Part shown: piece after piece, positions 1 to 14,036 of the stretch | Numbering within the stretch: the stretch's first letter is position 1 | Layout: every line of letters starts with the position of its first letter | Source: Octopus sinensis | Lineage: Eukaryota | DNA: 64,000 nucleotides | NCBI RefSeq assembly: GCF_006345805.1 | Contig: NC_042998.1 | Coordinates: forward strand, 123,318,001-123,382,000 | Direction: 5' to 3' | The notes under the pieces: model-generated | What the model saw: only the letters and a program-made list of their open reading frames with translations | What the model was told of the DNA's origin: nothing | Database searches by the model: none | Made by a program: the position numbers and the translations under genes

Positions 1-2151
1 AGTCTGCCTTCTTAATCATGGAATGGTATTTGTTCAAAGAGACATTAGAATATTGATGGATTTGCAGTTATTGAACAAGGAATTTAGCTGAACGAAGCAG
101 AGTAAACGCTTATTGAAACAACAGATCTGAAAACTACCACTACTTAATATTATAAAGAAATGAAATGCATTTTACATCAAAAGATTGATTCTCATATCCC
201 AGATTTAATCATATATTTTAGAAATATTCATTTATTCTCTATTTTCTTTCATATTTATCTATGAATATCGTTGATGTCCGAGAGAAAAAGGTAAAAATAG
301 CACTATAAAGGAATTTGTAAATATATCGATTTATTTAAACCTAATCTAGATATTACTGTCACAACAAATACAATGGGAAATTCCATGATGGAATCAAACA
401 ACATACAAAGAAGAGAAAACAAACAAAAAATATTAAGGCAAAAAATAAAAAAGGTTGATGGAAGCGAAATGAAAGTAAAGCAGAAACAAAACATCTGTTT
501 CCCTGAACAGGTTTATGGTTACTTTTTTATATTAAATCCTACAGCATTTCTATATCGGAAAATTTACTTATGTGTTTTTAATCAAATTAATGAGATTACG
601 AGATTTAAAAAAAAATCTAAATAGTAAAGTCTAAACACAAAATTCCATGTACCGAGTAAAACAACAAAAGATGGTGGAAATAATGGATGTTTGAGAGATA
701 AATATGATATAATCAACATACACTACTAACTATAAAAGTACCCAAACTCTGATTTTGTCGAGGAGATGAGGATTAGATTGAATAATAATTTAATAGATAT
801 CACAAATGAAACTTTAATCATCTTAGGGGAGGAAAATAAAAATTTAATATACTAATACATATTTAGTTTTAAAGTCAGGAAACGTTCAAACAAAAAGAGA
901 AACATAAAATAACAAAACGAATATAACAAGGAAACATGCATGAAACCAGAATTATATTTTTTGAGCTCTCGAAAGAACAGGGTTGCTGTCGATGATTTGA
1001 TCGAAGTTGCAAACACACACGTGCATAAATGCACAAACGCTCACACGCACGGATACATATATATATATATACGAACACATTTCACACACACACAGACTCG
1101 CTATTAGTGGCATTCTAAAATAGTTGTAAGTAGAAAGTACCATTCGATATTGCTCTCCATTAGATCTATGTGCGTATCTAAATTTATGCAGACAGGAAAC
1201 GGTCTGCTGTATTGCGGGCATGTTGTTTTTAAAATTATATTTATCAAATAAAATCACTGGAATTAAAACAGATATTCTCTTTAATATCATTATACTTGCA
1301 GTCAATCGTTATAGTTACATGGCATCGCACGTAACATCACACGTAGTTCTCACACTGGTAAAATTGCTGTTGAGTTTTCTTTTTGCTAAATTTCCGTTTC
1401 TGTTGCTGCTTTTGCCTGCTGGCATTGCTTTGCGGATGTATCTGGATTTCCACTGAAAAGATGTCCTCACTTTTAATCACAGAATGAGTGTCTGTTTATT
1501 TAAAAAAAAAATTATGATATATGTTTCCTAACAAACTTCTTTTCCCAAGATGGCTCGTATAAAATTTAATAGAAGAGTGGTTGTAGGTATCATTATATCC
1601 AACTGTCATTCTAAATCTTCTTCAGCCATAGTAGCCCTCTATTAGATCTTCAATATGAGGCAGAAGATCTGAAAGTATCCAAGCAGCTACAATCTGAAAA
1701 CAATAAAAGCAACAAGAACAACGATGACAGCAACGAAAACACCTTTGTGAACCGCGACAGCTTCAATAACAACAGGAGCAAAGCCAACGATAATAATAGA
1801 ATAATCAACATTCACAACACAGCAAAAACAATGGTGCTAACAGCATAGCAACAACTGTAACGATAAAAATCCTTATAAACAACCAGTAATCTATAACATC
1901 ATTTAAAACGTCAACAATAATGAAAACTGTTACATAATTTAAAAGGACAACACTAGTAAGAACGACGAATCAGAATCCCAAAAATATATTTTGCACATAA
2001 TATGGTCATATTCCTTCCCGTATATATGGGCATCGTCAGAAGCTGCTATGAAATGGAAGTTGTTTTAGCCATTAGTACAGAAATATAGAATTTACATCCT
2101 ACAGAAGTAAAAAGAACGCTACTATAAAAGCATAAATGCGACTTTGCTTAC

Positions 2152-2297
2152 CCTGGGCCAACGTCACACTCTGTTTCATCAATAACAGAGAATCCAATAC
2201 CCATCTTCGGCCGAAATAAAAAAAAATGTCCGAAAAAAGTGTGGCCTTCCATAGCATACGTTACTCGAGGAAAACAACATGGAACTATCGTAGCCAT
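2152..2297 (-). other. Candidate host exon (unverified)
   Basis: On the minus strand, the acceptor ctttttgttcgctgtctcAG and a strong donor AGG|GTAAGC bound 146 nt that are open in one frame ([48 protein letters not shown]). No homology recognised, so this may be chance. Confidence 0.2.
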
Positions 2298-2360
2298 CTG
2301 AGACAGCGAACAAAAAGCACATTGAATGCCTGAAACGACCTGTATTTTTCAGCAGTTTCT

Positions 2361-2546
<186 letters not shown>

Positions 2547-2917
2547 GTAAACAAAGTCAAATGCGATACAATAAAATTAATTATTATCGCCGGTGTTCTA
2601 GGACACGCCATATATTATTCATATATAAGTACATTAAAAGGCGAAGTGTGTACTAGATACACAAAAGCTGGATAAATTTAATGAGATGAAAATTAAAAAC
2701 TTTTACAAACTTAGTTCTTCTTCGACTGCAGTTTCGCCCACTTCGGCAATAAAAATAATATTTATTTACTCAGGTAGGCTCTTCAGTAAGATTCCTGTTA
2801 TTATGGGAAGCGCACATCAATAGAGGCACATGCGTCTATTAAATTGCTCTTTCTAAACTATTCAAATCACTGCGCAGACTCAGAACGTACCCGACAAAAT
2901 AGGGTTTTCTGGTATCA

Positions 2918-3016
2918 TACATATATATATATATATCATATATATATCATATATATATCATATATATCATATATATCATATATATATATCATACATATAT
3001 ATATATATTATATATA

Positions 3017-3077
<61 letters not shown>
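2918..3077. repeat. Interrupted (TA)n microsatellite
   Basis: Direct inspection. Confidence 0.95.
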
Positions 3078-3239
3078 GGAACATCGTGTGATAAAAGTCA
3101 GGGTCACAAACTTACTTTCTCATAGAGAAATGTTCAAGTTAGCACAGCACGGGAAGATTATAAAGTCTTCAGTATAGTAGAAAGGAAACATCAGTAGAGT
3201 TCCAGGTTTTACTTACTCCAGGAGCCGTGGTTGACATTC

Positions 3240-5450
3240 CTTGCTTCTATTTCAGTGCGAGCAGATGCAGGTAATCACGGTAGATTGGAAACTTATCATA
3301 TGTCAAGTATGTGGAAAGACAGATTCCCTGAGAGCTCTTCCCCACTGTGAAGTGCTCGAGAGCGATACGTCATTTTGTACTGCAGCTTGCAACGTTAAAT
3401 CTGCTGCAATCACAAAGCTGGCGGCAACGGCAGCTACTATTTCAATGAAAACTGCAAAAGCATCAAAGTACTTCTCCACTCGCAGAGGGGAGCAGAAAGG
3501 AGTCCCTCAAGTTCACCTCCACCATGAACACAAAACGATGCAAAAGGATAACATAAAAACACTCAAACGCTGACTAAGGCAGTAACCACCAAACAAGAGA
3601 AGAGGACATTCGTGTGAATATACTGACTTGCCCCCCACAAATGTTAAAAGTGTGTGAGTACCAAGCTCACTAATTCAGAAGTAAAATACGTATGCCCAAT
3701 CAGTTAATGCAAGCGGAGGCAAACAATACCTATAGCCAACAACAGCAGCCAAAGAAGGATAAGCAGCCACAACAACAAGGGATAATCAATAACAGTAACA
3801 AGTTCATAGATATACTCTGCAAAAGTGAGTGACACATCAATATCAGCAGAAGACCCGAAAGAAAAAGTATCTAAGACAACAACCTCAGCATTCGCAAGTG
3901 ACAGAATATGTACAGCAACTACTCACAAAGAACCTCACAACTGTCTAGTGCTTTGAAAGAAGACACGGATTTGATGGTTTGTGTAGATTCAAGTAATGGT
4001 AAAATTTTAACAACAGGTGAGGGTATTGATGCTTTCGCTATTTCTAAAACTACTCAAGTGGCAGTTCTTTTAAGTCTTTCTCCAATATTATACCGCATTT
4101 TGAAAAAGATGTTCCTACTTGATATGGACAAATAGTAAAACATATTGAAAAGAAGGATCTTAAAAAGCCCGTGCAAAGACTCCAAAAATGGACAAACCTA
4201 AGACGATTGTGACTGGCTATTTTTCTATTTCTTCCCCACCTGAAATGGCAATACTAAGAATATGTTATATGAATGCTTGTAGTCTGAGGCTGCGTGGAAT
4301 GAAGGACCCTTATTCAAGAACTTCAGGTCACTACGTTTGGAGGAAGTATCAATTTGCAAGACCAGTATTTCCGAAACGCAATTGCTTACTTTTATTTTCG
4401 ACGACTACATGTTTTATGACTCTTGCAGTCGGTTTGATCAAGTGAGCTGGTTGTAGTGTTCCGGAAATGTGTTGACGCAAAGATACGTACAGTTACCTTA
4501 GACTGACAGGTTGGAGGTCATGAGTGTAAATAGCAACAAAAGCGATGATGGAGCCTTGAAACAAGTGGTTGTCTACACTCCGACAGGAGTCGACCGGATG
4601 GAGTTAGTGGACGATTGGAACGGGGTCTTCAGCGCACGTGGAGAGAATATGGAAGTATTTGATAAAAGAGTGTGATACAGAAGCCTTGCGAATCTTCTGA
4701 AACATCATCAAGGGTCTGACAGGTTTTGCATCAATTTCTATAATGTGACAGGGTGGACCTGGTAAAATCTTATTGCAGTATCCAGGTCATAATTGTATAA
4801 GATTTTCTTTAGGCTTGTAGATTCGCTTAATATAAATAATTAACTGTATGAGATGCATGGCTACACAGACTAAAAATTTGTGACTTTGCATTTAACTTGG
4901 AATGGAAGGTATATACAAGTACTCAGTACATGGAAAATGAACACGTATGTTCGGTGCGGCTAAGTGTAGGGGATCAAATTCCTGTTTAGTTAAGCATGAA
5001 TTGTCAGCCGCCATCTAGTGAATTCACTTAACAAGAAAATTTAAGGAAGCATCTTTTAGCCTCTGCTAGAGATAGCTACACAGAACAGAAACTAGTTACT
5101 TAGAAGAGGTACATAGAAGAAATACTACAAACGGCATGATTGTAGCAGAAAACACGATGACTGCGTAACCCGAACTAAGGATATTTATGCATATACACGA
5201 TGGCACGAAAGTCGTCTGTTGAACCCGAGATGGAACCCGGGATAAAGCACGGCAACGAAGCTAGAATTTGGCTTATGACTGACCACAGCAGACGTGTGCT
5301 CTCTTAACCGAAACAGTTGGGAATAGATTTCTAACAGCATTTTCCAAAATAATTTTTACGGGGAGTTGCGAGCTTGAGACAATAAGATTTGATGCTCACC
5401 GTGATGATTTCCATGGACTATACTATCAGACAGGAAGAAGAAAAGATCCT
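3240..5450 (+). mobile_element. Heavily degraded L1/Tx1-like non-LTR retrotransposon relic
   Basis: Degenerate zinc knuckle CQVCGKTD(S)LRALPHC near 3300. APE-endonuclease-like VVYTPTG..LV(D)DWN at about 4566-4621 (GDWN/GDFN motif). WKMN near 4930 resembles the WKLN motif after the L1/Tx1 endonuclease. Locally raised GC; many stops and frameshifts. Confidence 0.5.
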
Positions 5451-5490
5451 CATCATATTGATATAATATATTTTAATAATACTTTATACT

Positions 5491-5673
5491 ATAGGCATAT
5501 GGCATGAAATGTGTGAGGAGGGCGACAGTCGATTACATTGACCCCAATACTTGACTGGTAAAGGATGAAAGACGAAGTCGACCTTAGCGGAATTTCTACT
5601 CAGAAAGTTAAGCCGGACGAAATGCAGTCAAGAATTTGCCTGACATGCTAACGTTTCTGCCAGCTGGCCGTCT
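5491..5673 (-). mobile_element. SINE family A copy (degenerate)
   Basis: Reverse complement matches 9080-9330 and 60964-61130 (ggcgagctggcagaaacgttagca...ttccgc.aaggtcgactt). Confidence 0.7.
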
Positions 5674-6877
5674 TTAAAATGTTTTAGTATTACTAATGCA
5701 CACAATTCAACGTTGTGTAATGATAACTAATGTTAAGCAAAACAATGAGTTGAATCATAATGAAAATTTTAATGAGATGAATTTCATAATTTCCAGCAAG
5801 CATTTTGGAAATACATTATAAACCAGTGGCTGCGGCCAAATCATGTACGGAATCCACTTTTAAATCACCAACCAATTATATCTTTAACGTTGTTGTATAT
5901 GTTATCTGTAAATCAAATTTGTGTGTGTTATGTTGATTAGAATAACGAAAATATCCATACATTTTTTGTGTCAACGTTCCTCTATTCCTAAAATATATCA
6001 GAGCTCAACAACAATTTCTATAGATATATTCAATTTCGATATGGAATATCTTATTATAGATTGGAATAGTCTCTTGAGAGATATTAAATAATGATATCTT
6101 ATCATATTACTATTCGGAGATATACGAGATTGACTAATATGTAAGAAGAAAATTAATTAAAAGTTAACGCACAGATCAGAAATGATGATGCCAATGTAAT
6201 TGGCAATACAAAATTAATCTTTAATATATCTTGTTGATTACCAGAACATTAAAGAGGCCGGCAACAATGGGAGAAAAATGAAAGCAATCACTGATATAAC
6301 ATTTTTGCCTTATACTACTCATAATTTAGAGGAAATTCAAATTTAATTGTTATTTCAGTTATATTTTAGTCATCTTTCTAATCATTCTTCCTCTCACACT
6401 TTACAGTTCTTACGACTGCTATTTAAAAAGTAATTAGTAAGAGAAGTAGTCCACATAATCTTCGTTATCATTGGTTTTTTATTGATGAAATCGATGCGTT
6501 ATTGTTTCAGTTTGAGTTCTTTTCGTCGACGCCTTTGCATGAAAAATGTGTGCGGAAGAAATTCCTGTTGAATGCAGTTGCGGCAAGACATGACTGGGTA
6601 AATGTTTACTGAGGTTCTTGTTTAAGTGACACTATAATGATGAAGGAATGTAAGAGAGTGCATCCAGTGATTTTAATGCCTTAAGGCATTCTCTCAAATC
6701 TACCTTGTTCAGTTAGTTAGCAAAACAAATGTCGAATTATTTGTAGAATTAGTGGGAAAGACGCGGGTAAGACATTCTGATGTTTTCCTTAATGATGGTA
6801 CTAGTTAGATAACATTTTACTACATATTGTCTATGTTTGTCGATGTAACAACTCTACACAGTATAATATATATTTCT

Positions 6878-7115
6878 CTCTGTGTTTGTCCCTCTACACC
6901 AATTGTCAATCAGTGGTGGTTTGTAAACGTCCACGCAACTTAGCGGCTCAGCAAAAAAAAAAAAAACACACAAAAGAAAAACGCTGATAAAATAAGTATC
7001 AGACTTAAATATCAAGTATTGGAATCGATTTGTTGGATTTAAATTCTTAACTGCTGTGCTGCTGTATGACTGCAGTGCAATGATTGAAACATTGAAACAA
7101 GTAAATGATAAAAGC
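6878..7115 (+). mobile_element. SINE family B, 3' half (degenerate)
   Basis: Similar to 56950-57135 (gtttgtccc...acttagcgg...aataagt...tgaaacaagtaaa). Confidence 0.55.
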
Positions 7116-9028
7116 TAAATGTTCACTTTATATAAATGCTTCTGGATGTATTTCTGTTCCTTTATCTTAGGCCCTTTTCAGTCTGAACTACATTTCTACA
7201 TGAAAATTCTCACAACAGTATGAACACAATTGTAATAAATGCGAAGATATCACTGTTTTGTACAATCGACGAAGGACGCCATGTAGAAATAGTTTCGAAA
7301 GTTACCTTTTGCTTTAATTTTTCTCTCGTTTAAGCTGTATAAACGTGGCAACGTAACTATTCCTAGAAAAAGGCAATAGCAACGTTCGTATATTCAACAT
7401 CACACCAGCGGTTGAGACAGTCGTAAAAGCAAGATTATTTATCATTTTAAGTAATATCTGTTTTCTCAGTGATTACAAACATAGGCATTATAAAACCACA
7501 TCTTCCGAATATTTACCGCCATAAGATCTGAAATAAATTTTGCTGTCCTTGCCACTAATTTTTTCACCAATGCGGCATAAGTTGTCCTCGATACTCTGCG
7601 TTTAGGGCAATGTTTTATTATGTTTCAGTTTCCGTTGATGTGGTCTACTCTGATCCATAGTATATCACAACCAGACAATTTAATCGTTCTCTAAGTCCTT
7701 CCTCAAACTTTTCTCTTCCAATGTTTTGCAGATTTACAATTCTTCACAACCAAAACATAATCGCTATATATTAAAATACAGTTGGCGTAATTCACTTACT
7801 TAATTCTTTTTTAAAAGAAATCCTCCAAGATAGCAAACTGCATAGCAGCTAGATTGTCCAGTCGACTCTAACCTAAATATGTTTATGCAGTCATTCCACC
7901 GCAGTTCTAAGACTCTTAGTAATTTAATCTTACTCGTTTTCTCTGCTGTCAGCAAGCTACAAATTTTCTAGAAGATCATCAAGTGCTTCAATATCATTAG
8001 TTTTCTACAAATGTACAGATAATGAGCGCCAGTTTACTCCATTTCATTCACCTATTCCACATCATCAACATTCTGATTCTCAAATGAGTAAATAATAAGT
8101 TTTAAAAAATGCGATAGCGTCTTACAACACAATATAAAGCAAATTATAATTAGATATATAATATTTATTACTTATTACATAAAGCAAAACAAGAGGAAGC
8201 TTGAAACTAACTGATTAGTAAATATTGTCTACTTAAAATAAATTCAAATGCAAGCTTTATGATTTTTCTTTATAACTCTAGGATACTCTGTTTTGTAACA
8301 AGAGTCTTTTGATAAATACATATGGCGACAAAGATCGTCTAAAAATGCTCAAATTAATTTGGTAGAAGATAAATATGGTTAAATTGTGTTAAGGCACGGG
8401 GTCATTTTCAACGTCTTTAGCAACCAGAAGGTGTCGGCGTTCGAAGTTTAAAAAAAAAATATATTGCACTGCGAAAACACCGAGTTCGATAATCACTACT
8501 TTATTGTTCAATGAGACTAGTTAGAGAATCACCATGATTCTGCTTCATAACGTACTATTCACAGTTCTCATCAACTTTAACACATCTATGGTCATCCACT
8601 ACCTCATCACCATTGCCGTCATCATAATCATTATGGCCACCACCATCCTCCTCGCGTAGATGTACTTCTTACTCGGCGTCGTCTTCGACGTCGTCGTCTA
8701 CAACGTCGTTGGAGACGTTATCATTATCATCACTAACGTCTTTTAGCTATATTTAGAACAAATATTTTCTCTTGAATGCTCTTTAATACACTTTCCCTTT
8801 CACCGAAAATAAAATCCCGTCACGCTTGCTCTTAAACATGTATATAGAAAAATTTCCCTTCGCATGGTTACTATTTTCAACAGAATATATCTAAAGTCGG
8901 GAATTAGAGTATTCAGAAGAGACTTTTTTCAACAATTTTTTCAACAATTTTCAATGTATACCATTCTGACACAATATGTCTTGTTATAGGAACGCAAACA
9001 TAAATAGGAGTGCACACATTGATATTTC

Positions 9029-9074
<46 letters not shown>

Positions 9075-9079
9075 ATAGG

Positions 9080-9330
9080 AAGGCGGCGAGCTGGCAGAAA
9101 GGTTAACACGCTGGGCGAAATGCTTAGCAATACTTCGTCTGCCGTTACGTTCTGAGTTAAAATTCCGCCGAGGTTGACTTTGCCTTTCATCCTTTCATCC
9201 TTTCATGTTTTCTGGGACGATTAAATAAGTAGCAGTTATGCGCTGGCGTCGATGAAATCGTATTAATCCCTTTGTCTGTCCTTGTTTGTCTCTTCTAAGT
9301 TTAGCCCCCTGTTGGCAATAAAGACATAAA
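9080..9330 (+). mobile_element. SINE family A copy
   Basis: High similarity to 60964-61190, with a B-box-like ctgagttaaaattcc; directly follows a (TA)n tract. Confidence 0.8.
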
Positions 9331-9341
9331 TATTATATACA

Positions 9342-9650
9342 TAGGCATGTCGGACGTGTGGTATGGAGCTTGCTTCCCAACCACATGATTCGAGGTCCAG
9401 TTCCACAGCATGGAATCTTTAGCAAGTGTCTTCTTTCACAGTCTCCGGCCGACCAATTTCTTGTGAGTGGATGGGGTAGACGGAAACTGAAAAGACCCCG
9501 TCGGATATATATATATATATATCAGGCAGGCTAATATATATATATGTATGTGCGTGTGCATGCGTGTGTGTGTGTTTTGCTTGGCAGTAAATGCCGCTGT
9601 GTCCCCGTAACTTTCCAATTCAGCAAATAAGCCTGATCTAATGAAGAGCG
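9342..9650 (+). mobile_element. SINE family B copy (tRNA-like head, internal TA/TG tract)
   Basis: Similar to 56748-57040 (gtgtggta...accacatg...agacggaaactgaaa...cccgt). Confidence 0.7.
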
Positions 9651-9784
9651 TATTTTAACTATCACCCGAGGGGGTGCATTTTAAACCTCAGATGCATGAT
9701 CATGATTACATAATATCTCACCAATATACTACGTGCTTAAAAATATGTCGAATAAAGAATGTGATCCGTTTCATTTTCTATCAT

Positions 9785-9785
<1 letters not shown>

Positions 9786-9871
<86 letters not shown>

Positions 9872-9940
9872 CCTACCTACATACCTATCTATCTATCTAT
9901 CTATCTACCTATCTATCAGTTTATCTCTCTCTGTATGTAT

Positions 9941-9977
<37 letters not shown>
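9786..9977. repeat. (TCTA)n + (GA)n compound microsatellite
   Basis: Direct inspection. Confidence 0.95.
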
Positions 9978-9981
<4 letters not shown>

Positions 9982-9989
9982 TACATAAC

Positions 9990-10560
9990 CTCTCTTTACA
10001 TGAGCAGTCATGTAAAAGAATCTATCACAAAGGAGTACACATCAAGTTACTAGCTCCCCACGCAATACATTGTCGCAAAAACTCTATACAATGCCATTCA
10101 GGAAAAAGACTGTCCTGGAATAAATATAGAAAATTCCCCAGTTATTCGATACATACACATTCATGAAAACGACGTTTACTGGTGGAACATCCTCATCAAG
10201 ACATCTGTCAAACATAAACACAAGGGACCAGACATTGTTGGTTTGGAAATACAAGAAACAGTATATACAGTCATGCAGATGAACAACACTGCTGGTGTGA
10301 ATGTCTCTTTGACAACCAAATAGAAGTGAATCGCTATGGACAACTGACGAAACCGCTAGGCTGTATATTCAGGTCATACATTCATACATAGTATACCAAT
10401 AATAGTTGATGTACTTGATTTTGTTAGTATATACTTAACTGACAATCTGGATGAGCTAGTATTTTCAGAAAAAAAAATCAACCAAATAACTCGCTCATTA
10501 CTAATAAATCTCTAAGTGGGATAGTACAAATTTTGCATGACTTTTCCCAAGTTTAAAATA
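9990..10560 (+). pseudogene. RLE (restriction-like endonuclease) C-terminus relic of an R4/Dong-like retrotransposon
   Basis: Reading SSY*LP..IVAKTLYNAIQEKDCP...YWWNILIKTSVKHKHKGPDIV (about 10040-10240) resembles the RHD...W...K/R-PD layout of RLE domains, followed by an IPIIVDVL-like segment. Stops present. Confidence 0.55.
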
Positions 10561-12899
10561 TGACATTACTTTTGTTTTCTACATTCCAACAAATGGAGCT
10601 TTGTATCTTTATCAGAAATTAGTTATTTCCTCAGAGGAGGAATTTAAATAAAAACAGAAGAAAATATACACATACACAGTGTTAAAAAATCTGTTATTGT
10701 TTTAATATTGCTTCCATCCCTTGATTATGCATCTCTGATGTCTGCTTATTTCTATACATGTTACTATGATCCAATTGTTTTCTAAATCTTTGAACCAATC
10801 AGAGTATGGAAATATGGAGCCACATCTATTTATCATTGTGTAAAGCAAAGAAAACTAAATTAAAAAGGCATCTCCAATGTAATGACAAAATAATTATAAA
10901 TGAATTTGTTAACATCAGGTATTTTTATACTGAAACATAAGCAAAGGTGTATAACTATCAGTATGCTATCAAATGCAAGCGTCTGTAGAAATTTCCTTCA
11001 GATTTTTGGAATATTGAGTTACTGGTTGTAGTAGCAGAGTTACTGGAGTTATGTGACTTATTTCTTAATCCTGTATATCCAAGGTAATAATTTGTCGTAC
11101 ACAACCAGCTACGAATGTTCTAAAAAGTATGCACTTGGAAAATATTCATTTGAATTTCTTTCATAGATTCTTTCAGAATCTCTCAGGTTACACCTGAATA
11201 TTGTATACTGGCTTCTTTTATCTTTACATATCGGCTATGTAACACTTTGAATTACTGAAATGGAAACTTTTAGTGAATCATATATCTTTCCAAAATAAAC
11301 AGATTCCAGTTGCGAATTTCAATAGAGAACTAAATTTGAAAATTTCGATAAAATGAAGGAATGTATATCTATAGAAATTGTGTGAATTTCTGTAATGAAC
11401 TCATATTTTAACTTAAATCACGCTTTATTGAATTAATATTGCCTAATCCTAACAAAAAACACGCAAACATAGATAAAAGCTACTAAAAGAAAAATATATT
11501 TCAATATGAATCTTTTTATATACATCCGACATACTTATTAAAAAGTTTGCACAATAAATCTACAGACTATACAAAAGGATGTTTATCCTTCGCAACTAAG
11601 AAATTTTAAAGTTGTATACGTATTCAGTTTCAATTTTCCTATTAACTCTTAAATATATAATATGTATATTAACTGTAAAACTACGTATCTTGTAGTTGTT
11701 GTTATTGTTTATACTAGGCCAGTCCTCGTTTAGCAAATCTACTATCAAAATGTTAAGCCAGGGTAGAATCATATGTCAAAATGTACAGGTCTTGGAAAAT
11801 ATTGTAGCATACGACAAAGTAGATTCTGATACGCTGTACCTGGCAATTGTTCTTGGTGTATACACTTCAGTTGCATTGACAATACATCGCTTTCACCAGA
11901 GACATGTTGGGGGACTGCAAAAGCAATTTGATGAAATCCATCTAAATCCACCTAAAATAGCAGAACGATAGCAATATCATAAATACTTTACGTAAACTAG
12001 GGAGATAGGCAATGTATGCAAATATTTTATAATCATACATTCCTAATTATTTATTTAGAAAAGGTTGCTCAACAAAATGAGGGAACTATAACAAGCTATT
12101 AAACGGAACCTCTTCAGACTACATCATTAAACAGCAAATATATGTAGGTGATTATCTCTATAAAAATGAAAGAAAATATATATTTTGCTCGGCAGAGAAC
12201 ATAACAAACACTTGTATTTAAATAAATGTTGTTGAAGTAGTATATATGCTAAGAATGACAGCATATTCATTGTGGACAGGTGATGGGAGTTTGGTAGTTG
12301 CTGTTCGGTGCATACAAGAGTTTTTGGGCGATTGTATACTTTTTCTGTAATAGTGTAGGTGTAGCTACCAGCAATATTGAATATACACGACTATCTTCAA
12401 ATCCCTGCCTTTTCCTAATAAAAGAAATTCAAGTAAACCTATAATGGAATATCTAATGAAAAGAATGTTATCAAGATATTATTTCGTCCTAGTATGTTCA
12501 CATTCTTCAGTCGTTGAACAATATATTAGGGTGAAGATAATCATCATATACCTGCAGTTAAATAGGCTGCCAATGCATTTTATATATACTTTATAGATTG
12601 GTATAAATTTCGTCAATAGCATTTAACTTGAAAAATCATTGATGAAATGTATATTACTTTGCAAGAAAACTTCAATATTGCGGAATATATTTATCGTAAT
12701 TAGAAACACTAAGAATATAACTTTCATAGTTAATCAAATAACATCATGAGCAATTAACTCTTAGTAAGAAATCTGCTGAACAACTAACCTTCCCATATAC
12801 ATACACATTTCTATACGAACAACAGCATGACCTAAAGTCGACGCGCCTGAATAAGCACACCTAATTACAGCGTTATATGCATCACTGAATTCTGAACAA

Positions 12900-13350
12900 T
12901 AGCCGCCGCCTTGTAAATCTAAAAATCATCAACAACCAGAAAGGATTCTGCTGACCAATTAACCTTTCTACCTATTACATTCTATTGTGATCTTTAAAAA
13001 GTTCATGACCTAAAAGCTGACACCTAATACATTAAATATTCTCATAAGAAAAGGTCAAGTTTTCCATTACTGCCCAAACAAAAATCAACAACAGATAAAA
13101 CTATTTACATACCAGCTGAATAACTAACCTACCTGAATATATTTGGGAACCCCTAAAAGACAACCCTAAAACTGAAGCTCATTGAACTAAAAAGGAACCT
13201 GATTACAATGTTCTACTGGCATGAGAGTACTCAAACGACAAAGTAACTCCAAATTTAACTAATAAAAAGCTTCCATACCTACCTTACAACCTAATCATCT
13301 TTAAAGAGAGCCCTACCCACCCCAAAATGCTGAATCTTAGACAATATAAA
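12900..13350 (+). pseudogene. Very old non-LTR RT relic (clade unresolved)
   Basis: Fragmentary NQKGF, SADQLTFL, DL*KVHD (like DLxKAFD) and YLG motifs in expected order across frameshifts. Confidence 0.3.
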
Positions 13351-13446
13351 CAAAAAGCTAGACGAAAATGTATTACAATACTATGATGATTTAGCAAGTC
13401 GGAACTTGCAAGTAGCTGTCATGACTATTCTTCTAAATGATTATTT

Positions 13447-13608
13447 AACTCCGAGTTTCGGATGCCGGGGTGGAAATCCACGCCACCCTCTCTTCAGTTA
13501 TTCGACTATCGGAAAAAATGCTTTGAAAAGGTTTTCTCATAGCATTTTTTCCGATGGCCGAAGAGATGGCGGCGTGGATTTCCACCCCGGCATACGAAAC
13601 TCGGAGTT
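13447..13608. repeat. 162-bp near-perfect palindrome (MITE-like fold-back)
   Basis: The left arm aactccgagtttcggatgccggggtggaaatccacgcc matches the reverse complement of the right end at 37/38 nt. An inner arm atcggaaaaaatgct pairs with agcattttttccgat at 15/15. Confidence 0.85.
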
Positions 13609-13962
13609 TTATCATGGCTACCGAATAATTATCACATATTACTTTTACAGATAACTTCCTCTATTTACATAATATCGAGGTCTCTTTCATTCTTTTGTTG
13701 TCTTACCAGTTTTATCAATATATATATATACATGCACACACACATGTATATATAATGTACACAATATAAAGATACGAGATTGGAGTTTCATGCATACAGA
13801 TGTGGATCTAGGTAGGTCTTTACAACAAAGGAAATTAAAACGAGAAGATAAAGGCACGAGTGTGGAGATTTGGGGATTTGGTTGCTATTTCTAGGAGGGC
13901 GCCCAACAATATCAAGGCCCACTCATTTATCTGATGAACAATACTGATAGTTTCAAATGTTT

Positions 13963-14036
13963 GTACATACATACATACATACATACATACATACATACAT
14001 ACATACATACATACATACATGCACACATACATACAT
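13963..14036. repeat. (CATA)n microsatellite
   Basis: Direct inspection; a second (CATA)n tract lies at about 14838-14933. Confidence 0.95.

Noticed and set aside
12280-12400. Possible CR1 remnant (RTATKLP), with similar hints at 15300-16400 and 35720-36040
   Set aside because: Too degraded to support by eye; needs a profile search.
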